Shown in pieces: positions 57,905 through 64,000 of a DNA stretch of 64,000 nt. Numbering within the stretch: position 1 is the stretch's first letter; every line of letters begins with the position of its first letter. The position numbers and the translations under genes are program-made. The DNA lies in IMG/VR virus record IMGVR_UViG_3300028800_000001, positions 263,296 to 327,295 of that record; one strand, 5' to 3'. The notes under the pieces are model-generated. The model made no database searches. It saw only the letters and a program-made list of their open reading frames with translations, and was not told where the DNA came from.

Positions 57905-60392
57905 GTGTGAATCAAATCAGGAACGCTTCAAACCGCTTGTATGAAGAGATATGTAAGATGTTTGAGTAAAAAATCTTGGTTCTTTCGAAATGACCGTACG
58001 AACGAGTCTTTGCGCTTTTCAAGCAAGGCGTGTGAACAAGAATGACAGTTTTTCAAGGTAGAAGTATGAGTCAGGTGTGTTCGTTTTTTCAGGAAAGGGA
58101 TGCGAGTCTAATTTACAGCGTGTTCAAAAAAAAAGTGTATGAGTAAGACAGGTCTGATCATTCAAGAAAGGTGTACGAACCGCCCATGAGGTGTTTCAAG
58201 TGGTGCGTGTGAACTATTCCTAGCGTGTTTTTAAAATAGCCGTGTGAACCGAATAAGTTGTTTTCCCAATGAAAGGGTATGAATCGCTCCTGGCGTAGAG
58301 CAAAATTACTGTATGAACGATACATCAAGTTGTTTCAAAAAAGTCGCGTGAGCACACACGCTTTGGTTGAGGCAATACATGAGAGCGAATTTTTGGATAT
58401 GGAGAGGGGTCAAGATAGAGGAATGAGTTATCTTTCACCTGCGCTTTCAGAGAAAGGGTACGAATCAGTTTAATCGTCTTTTCATTTCATGAGCATGAGC
58501 GAACTTTTGTGTAGCGTCAAAATTCTGGTGCGAATTCAATTGCAAAGTTTTTCATACAAGTGGTATGAGTCATTCCACCTGGAGGTTCAATTTAACTGTA
58601 CGAGTCGTTTGGAATGCGGTTTCAAGAACGCTGTACGAGTCAAATCACCGGTTTTTCTATGCGGGATGGTGCGAGTCAATTAATATGTTTATCGTAAACG
58701 ATGTGTATGAACGGAAGGCAACGATTTTTTCAGGATATAGGTTTGAAGCAAGTTCCATGTTTTTCGAAGTAACCGTTTGAGCCATTAAGAGCGTCTCGGC
58801 CAGCGAAAAGGTATGAGCAGCAGGGGCAACGAGTGATCAGGACATAGGTGCGAAACACTACATTGATTGTAGCAAAATACCGGTTTGAATCAATTCGCGG
58901 ATGCAATCATTCTAATGGAGTGAGCAAACTATCAAAGTGGTTTCAATTAGTAGGTGCGATTCTTGTCCTGGGTCGTTTCTCAAGACACGTGAGAGCCAAG
59001 GAAAGTGGAGATCAATTTGTGGAGGCGAACCAATACGACAGTGTTTCATGGTTTACGTCTGAGCAGATATAAGGGATTTCTCATATCATATATACGAAAC
59101 AAGAAGCCAGTTTTCACGATTGACGTTTGAGTAAGAATTATTGTTTCTTCATAATGTACGTACGATTCATCTATCTAGTGTGTCAAAATTCAAGTAAGAG
59201 TCAGCAAGCCAGTTTTCACGGTTAACGTTTGAGTAAGGTGAAAGTTTTTTTCATAGCACAGGTACGAAACGAGAAGCCAGTCTCTCCATAATTGACGTTT
59301 GAACGCCATTCAGCAGTAATGCAGATGTGAGCCATGCTCCAGATACTTTTCATAAAGGGAGAGCGAGTCAATTGTATGTCGCTGCAATACATTGTTGTGA
59401 ATGAATGTAAGACGTACCTTCAAAGCGAGCGTATGAGTAAAAGGTTCAGTTGTCTCAAACTATGAGTACGAATGGATGGAATACGTGGCGCACCAAATTA
59501 AGCGTATGAGCAAAACGGTAAGGTTACTTCAGGATGAGTGAGCGAGTTCGAATAAGGGTAAGACTCAGTTTGTAGGTACGATCCAGGTTCCATGTAGACG
59601 CAAATAAGGGAGAGAGCCACTAAAAAGGTATGATCATCTAAGGGGAACGATCCATGTTAGCTGTCCGGTCACTGATCTGGTGTGAATAAACGCGGCTTGT
59701 TTTGAACAAATAGAAGGTATGAACTATTAGCGATGTATACTTCTTAGAAGGAGATTGAGTTCTTTACGATGTGCTTTCAGATTATTGGTACGAATTATTG
59801 GCGAAGTCTTTTCATAAAAGCCGAATGAGCAAGCAATGCTGTTTTTCAAATTGCTGGTGTGAGCAGATAGCTTTAGTTTTTCATAATCGGCGTGTGAGTC
59901 TTATAATGAGTCTGTTTGTACATGGTGCACGAGCCAACCATTCTGTAGAACAAAAAGGTGACGCGAATCATTTCTAAGGCGAGTTCAAGTATAATGTGTG
60001 AGTCGCAATGAGAAGTGCAGACAAATTGCATGTACGAATTGCAAAAGGTGTATACACAAGAGAATCGTGTGAGTCAGGAATTGTGTTTTTTCAAGTTGTA
60101 GCTACGAGTTATGATAAAAGTGTCTTTCAACTAAGCAGTGCGAACACAGGATAATTGTAGTGTAAGAAACTGGTGTGATCCTTGATAGTAGTCTTTTTAT
60201 TCAACTAGCGAGAAGCAAGAAAAGCCGTCTCCATCAATAAAGAAGTTTGAACGAAGCATGATGTTTCTTTCATGTAGGTAAGTGAATCAGTCGCTATGTG
60301 TTTCAAAATAAATGTATGAGTCCAGCGAGCTGTCGTATCAGATGTTGTCTACGAAACAACAATTATGTTATTACAAAATCCTTGTTTGAACC
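57905..60392 (+). repeat. TIGR-like dual-repeat array 2 (~70 units, ~35 nt period)
   Basis: Repeat starts e.g. 57996, 58030, 58064, 58100, 58137, 58173, 58207, 58242, 58277, 58311 ... last at 60384; unit count estimated from span/period. Confidence 0.8.
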
Positions 60393-60405
60393 GAAAGGAG
60401 TTCGT

Positions 60406-61326
60406 ATGGTTGCATCCTATGCTCCAGAGCAACTGGAGAAAAGTGCGAGAAATTTACTGGCGTGCGCCAAGTGGATGCTTGCCGAAAAGCAGGCGCGGCT
60501 GAAGGAAAACCGTCCGGCCATGAAAGAGGCGGAAATTGACAAGAATACCCGCGAGCTTTTTGGCACCAATTGGGGCTCTGCCTATAATGCGCTCAAGATC
60601 TTAGAGAAACTTGGCGAAGAGTACATTGAAAAGGCCATCAAGCGGGGCATTGCTTTCAGTGCGTTGTATGCCTTTACTCATGAGGATGATCCGCAGTATG
60701 CTTATGACCTTGTGACAGAAGCTCTTGCTCGCGAAGAGATTGTCGGTCGCCCAAGTCACGATAAGCTTTTTGATTATCTCAAAAAGCTTCCTAAAGAAAT
60801 GAAAGCGCGGCCACCGGTAGAAGAGCGGGAGCCAGAAAATACACAGACAGAGGAAACCGAAAGCGCAGATCTTTCCGCACTCGATAGTCTCTTGAGCCCC
60901 TATCAGACGCGTCAAAAGCCCTACGTAAAGCCACAACACGGTCTGGTCATCATGAAGACACCAGCGCACCTGCCTATTTCTCGTGGACGGCGCGCCGTCA
61001 TTGATAGCCGCAATGAGCTGACCGAAGAGTCGCTTGCCCATATGAAGATCTACCTTGTGGCGCAAGCCAGCAACGGGAGAGTCTACGTTTCACGGCACTG
61101 GTCCTGGCTTACGATGGAACATTTTGCGCGTGAGAATAAGAAGAACGTCAACAAAGAAGAGTATATCAATAAGCGCTGCAAAGAGATGCGCGCTGCCCTT
61201 GAAGTCGATTTTAAAAAGCGAGGACTCTATCTGGTCTTTTCCGAAGAAGTACTTTCTGCGGCCCGTGACCACATCGTCCAGTTCCTCCGCAAAAAACATT
61301 ATATGGTAGGAGAGTACAAAGAATGA
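60406..61326 (+). CDS. Hypothetical protein directly after array 2 (possible HTH)
   Basis: AAAGGAG RBS immediately after last repeat, ATG 60406. Confidence 0.65.
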   Translation: MVASYAPEQLEKSARNLLACAKWMLAEKQARLKENRPAMKEAEIDKNTRELFGTNWGSAYNALKILEKLGEEYIEKAIKRGIAFSALYAFTHEDDPQYAYDLVTEALAREEIVGRPSHDKLFDYLKKLPKEMKARPPVEEREPENTQTEETESADLSALDSLLSPYQTRQKPYVKPQHGLVIMKTPAHLPISRGRRAVIDSRNELTEESLAHMKIYLVAQASNGRVYVSRHWSWLTMEHFARENKKNVNKEEYINKRCKEMRAALEVDFKKRGLYLVFSEEVLSAARDHIVQFLRKKHYMVGEYKE

Positions 61327-61520
61327 AAGATGAACTAAAAATAGAGACCTGGAGTATGGAAGATTTAAGTGCCCAGGTGACAATTTCGCCAGAGCTCTTT
61401 TCTGAAGAGATTGATGTCATCCAGGTGAAACGTGGCGAGAAAAGCGTCCTCGCCATTGTTCCTTGGGAGCTTTTTATGGAGATGTTGAGAAAACTGACGC
61501 TAGAAAAAATGGAGGAGTAG
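61323..61520 (+). CDS. Small protein, Phd/YefM-like fold possible
   Basis: IQVKRGEKSVLAIVPWELF; ATGA overlap. Confidence 0.45.
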   Translation: MKDELKIETWSMEDLSAQVTISPELFSEEIDVIQVKRGEKSVLAIVPWELFMEMLRKLTLEKMEE

Positions 61521-61729
61521 CGTAATGCTACTCCCTCAGCTATACCGCAAAAAACAATACAATAAAAAGTACCATGACCAGGATCGCAAGGGGATCTGGC
61601 AGGTGTAATTTGGCGTTCCAGAATAAAATCCCAGGAACAGAAGTCCAGCGGCCCCGATTGGGTGCAAACGCCATGAACAAGCATAAAATGACGCCAATAA
61701 CTGCGAGTGTCTTCATTGTTTTCCTTTCT

Positions 61730-62263
61730 TTAAATGTGGCAATCCACGCCAACCAGAAGGCAATTTTGATTAGCTTGAAAGAGGGCTTTGATTTCTTGCT
61801 GCCATGCGTACCTATCCTTCTCATTGGTGGTCATACCCCACCAACCAGCCTCAGCGCGCTGGTGCCACGTACCATTAGGGGTGACAACCGCAAAACATTG
61901 GAAGTCTCCCTGAACTTCTGAGACGGGAAATGCGTTCCGTAGTTTCCCGTCATCGTTGATCTCAAATTCGATCATACTCCAATAATCCCACTGAGACTGT
62001 GGGTTGTAGGTACTCAGCTCGAAGAGTCCCAGGCCGTCCACGCCACCATCATTATTGCTCCACTCTTCCATATGCAGAGCAAGTTCGTCTAGAGCGTGCG
62101 TCTTATAATGATCTGCCATACGGTCAACATCTTCTTGGGTTTTATACTTTTTGTACGGCTCAACATCCATGTTTTCGTTGTAGGGAGCCAGCAACGCGGA
62201 TACGGCTGCTTGTACATCGGTAGAATCCTGCGGCACCAGGACAACGGTAAAAAAGTGGGTCAT
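61730..62263 (-). CDS. Conserved hypothetical phage protein
   Basis: HF.V.V, LAPY.E, YNPQSQWDYW, FAVVTP.G.WH, GWWG, DCH. Confidence 0.6.
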   Translation of the reverse strand: MTHFFTVVLVPQDSTDVQAAVSALLAPYNENMDVEPYKKYKTQEDVDRMADHYKTHALDELALHMEEWSNNDGGVDGLGLFELSTYNPQSQWDYWSMIEFEINDDGKLRNAFPVSEVQGDFQCFAVVTPNGTWHQRAEAGWWGMTTNEKDRYAWQQEIKALFQANQNCLLVGVDCHI

Positions 62264-62820
62264 TCGCTCTCTCCTTCGGATGGTTCTTCTTCGGCTGCTT
62301 CTTGTTCTTCTTCGTCCATATAGAGCGCAACCGGTGCATACGTACGAAATCTTTCTAAAAGGGCTTGATCAAGATATCTTTCCAATTGCTCAACAACGAA
62401 CTTACTCTTTGAATAATGCCAGAACGGGTAATACTCTTTGAAAGGATGCCCGTCTTTGAGCATATCCGCATGCACGACATTTTGTATTGTCCAGAAGAAA
62501 TCGCCATCGCCCTCATGGGCACACTGCTTGAGTGTTTTGCCGTCAATTTGCGCAAACATGTAATCGGCAAGCGGGGTGATCATAGCATCTAAAACGCGCT
62601 GGCGTGCTTCGAGTACAGCGCGCTGACTGAGTACTGCCTCTGCTAGTTCCAATGCCTCTTTGGGCGTCCAGTATTGATTGCCATCGCGTACTGTAAAAGG
62701 GATATCTTCAAAGCAATAATCGATGGCCTGTTGCGTGATCAGGCCGTTCTCGTTCAGAAGAACGGCCCTGTCATGTGTTAACTTGATTACGTCAACGTTT
62801 TGACGCTTGTGATGTTTCAT
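62260..62820 (-). CDS. Hypothetical protein (paralog of 62820..63341)
   Basis: MKHH, NE.G, QYW.P.E, AEAV, acidic tail. Confidence 0.6.
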   Translation of the reverse strand: MKHHKRQNVDVIKLTHDRAVLLNENGLITQQAIDYCFEDIPFTVRDGNQYWTPKEALELAEAVLSQRAVLEARQRVLDAMITPLADYMFAQIDGKTLKQCAHEGDGDFFWTIQNVVHADMLKDGHPFKEYYPFWHYSKSKFVVEQLERYLDQALLERFRTYAPVALYMDEEEQEAAEEEPSEGESE

Positions 62821-63341
62821 TATTCCTCCTCGGTGGCTGCTTCTTCCTCATCGCCTGTGATATACATCGTTTCATTTTGATGCAGACGCATGTAGAGAAG
62901 TTCATAGAACAAATCCTCTAGTTGATCTTTGGTAAAGCACGTTGCCATCTTTGCTTTCCAGTACGGTTGAAAGAATGCATGCTCCCAGAACTTTTCTTTG
63001 AGGAGTACGTGGTGCGCTTCGTAGGCAAGCGCACCCCAATCGTAATGGAGCTTCTCAATTGTTTCTGTTCCAAGCAGTTCGATGACTTTCTCAACGACAG
63101 GGACAAGGAGTGCCTCAAGCGCTGTTTGCTGTGCTTGCAACTGTTCTTTGCGCGCCATCACCGCTTCTGCAAACTGGATGCACTCATTTGGCATCCAGTA
63201 TTGGAGCGGCTCGTATTCAAGCGCATGCGGCTCACAGTTATCCTCTTTTTGAAAAAGAAGCGCGCCATATTCATTGAAGAATATGCCACGCCTTCCTATG
63301 TGCATCAGGATATCAAGATCCTCTTTCTCGTGATGTTTCAT
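62820..63341 (-). CDS. Hypothetical protein (paralog of 62260..62820)
   Basis: Same motifs. Confidence 0.6.
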   Translation of the reverse strand: MKHHEKEDLDILMHIGRRGIFFNEYGALLFQKEDNCEPHALEYEPLQYWMPNECIQFAEAVMARKEQLQAQQTALEALLVPVVEKVIELLGTETIEKLHYDWGALAYEAHHVLLKEKFWEHAFFQPYWKAKMATCFTKDQLEDLFYELLYMRLHQNETMYITGDEEEAATEEE

Positions 63342-64000
63342 TTTTTTCCTTTTTGTTGTGCTTCAACCAGGGCGACCATGCGCTCTAGCTGAAGATAGCC
63401 ATCCTGGCCGTAGTCATAGTCGTGGCAATGATCATCCTCTTCGGTGTGATCGCGCTCTTTGAACCAATCTTCAAGTTTTCCCTCAACAGAGACGGTTCTA
63501 TCAAACGTCTGCTTTGCAGCCCACTCCAAGAGTTCTTCTTTGGTCACCTCTACGGTGATGTAGCTGGAACATTGTTCGGCCTCGCAACCGGTTGAAATTT
63601 CAAACTCAAAGGGACCATCGTCTTCATCTGCCACCGCGTCTTCGTGTACAACAGGTGCTTCTTGTTGCTGTGCATTGAGAAGGACGGCAAGAACTTCATT
63701 CATCGCTATACGTTCGTCATCGCTAAAACTGTAGGTATAGGTTTCAACATCAAGCATGTCTTCGTGCTCATGCACGCGGGTAAAGTAGGCGCAAAATTCG
63801 TGTGCGATCTGATCTGCGCTTTGCACTGGATGTTCTTTTACCCAATCCAACAAATCCGTCTTAGTAAGGCTGGCGTGCACAAGGCGATGATCTTTTTGCT
63901 CCCAACTGTAGTTGCTATGAAACTTTCCATTGGCATGAAAGTACACGTCGTACGTGTAGTTGAGATCATAATTAGGTACAACAAAATCAGGATCAAGCGC
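63338..64000 (-). CDS. Acidic hypothetical protein with internal duplication, probably extends beyond the window
   Basis: TK.[DE]LL[DE]W...F...H..ED occurs twice; frame appears open to the edge. Confidence 0.5.
   Translation of the reverse strand, partial: ALDPDFVVPNYDLNYTYDVYFHANGKFHSNYSWEQKDHRLVHASLTKTDLLDWVKEHPVQSADQIAHEFCAYFTRVHEHEDMLDVETYTYSFSDDERIAMNEVLAVLLNAQQQEAPVVHEDAVADEDDGPFEFEISTGCEAEQCSSYITVEVTKEELLEWAAKQTFDRTVSVEGKLEDWFKERDHTEEDDHCHDYDYGQDGYLQLERMVALVEAQQKGKK

Noticed and set aside
58279-59977. Short ORFs inside array 2 and the 60298 start extension
   Set aside because: Chance frames in repeat DNA, no RBS, non-protein-like; the true start is likely 60406
57905-60392. CRISPR array
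   Set aside because: No 23-47 bp identical repeats and no cas genes; repeats are two alternating 8-9 nt degenerate motifs
361-63392. Numerous antisense or alternate-frame ORFs in the six-frame track (e.g. 361..762, 3555..3995, 49307..49966, 57357..57821)
   Set aside because: Shadows of better-supported genes, lacking RBS and motifs
1-64000. Integrase, att sites, major capsid, portal, large terminase
   Set aside because: None recognised in this window, so lifestyle and prophage status cannot be determined

Overview
A 64 kb stretch of a large bacteriophage or prophage genome. It has tightly packed short hypothetical genes, a terminase-small-like gene, an amidase endolysin, a holin-like gene and an intein-bearing SF2 helicase. 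No rRNA, tRNA or bacterial core housekeeping genes were recognised. A Chloroflexota/Ktedonobacteria-like host is a weak inference from the endolysin C-terminus and an HTH-GNAT regulator. Four systems stand out. (1) 56.6-60.4 kb: a nuclease-less IS110/Nop-fold protein sits between two degenerate ~35-nt dual-repeat arrays (~8 units and ~70 units), matching a TIGR-Tas-like RNA-guided system. (2) 0-14.2 kb: a set of effector genes (five DUF3626-like domains, kinase-like domains, an ART-like domain) shares a K-Y-N-x-x-H-x3-4-G-x-F leader motif. It includes a polyprotein, is interspersed with a family of small partner (immunity-like) genes, and lies next to a 2H phosphoesterase. (3) 15.4-23.2 kb: a thymine hypermodification cluster (amino acid:DNA transferase, FAD oxidoreductase, GNAT, P-loop kinase) is coupled to duplicated ParB plus TET/JBP dioxygenase modules. 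(4) 26.3-27.3 kb: an intein carries a Vsr/DUF559-like endonuclease in an overlapping +1 frame. Also seen are a promoter/terminator-bounded structured ncRNA candidate, a conserved promoter-upstream element and a secreted sedolisin. All family calls come from motif recognition by eye; no searches were run.
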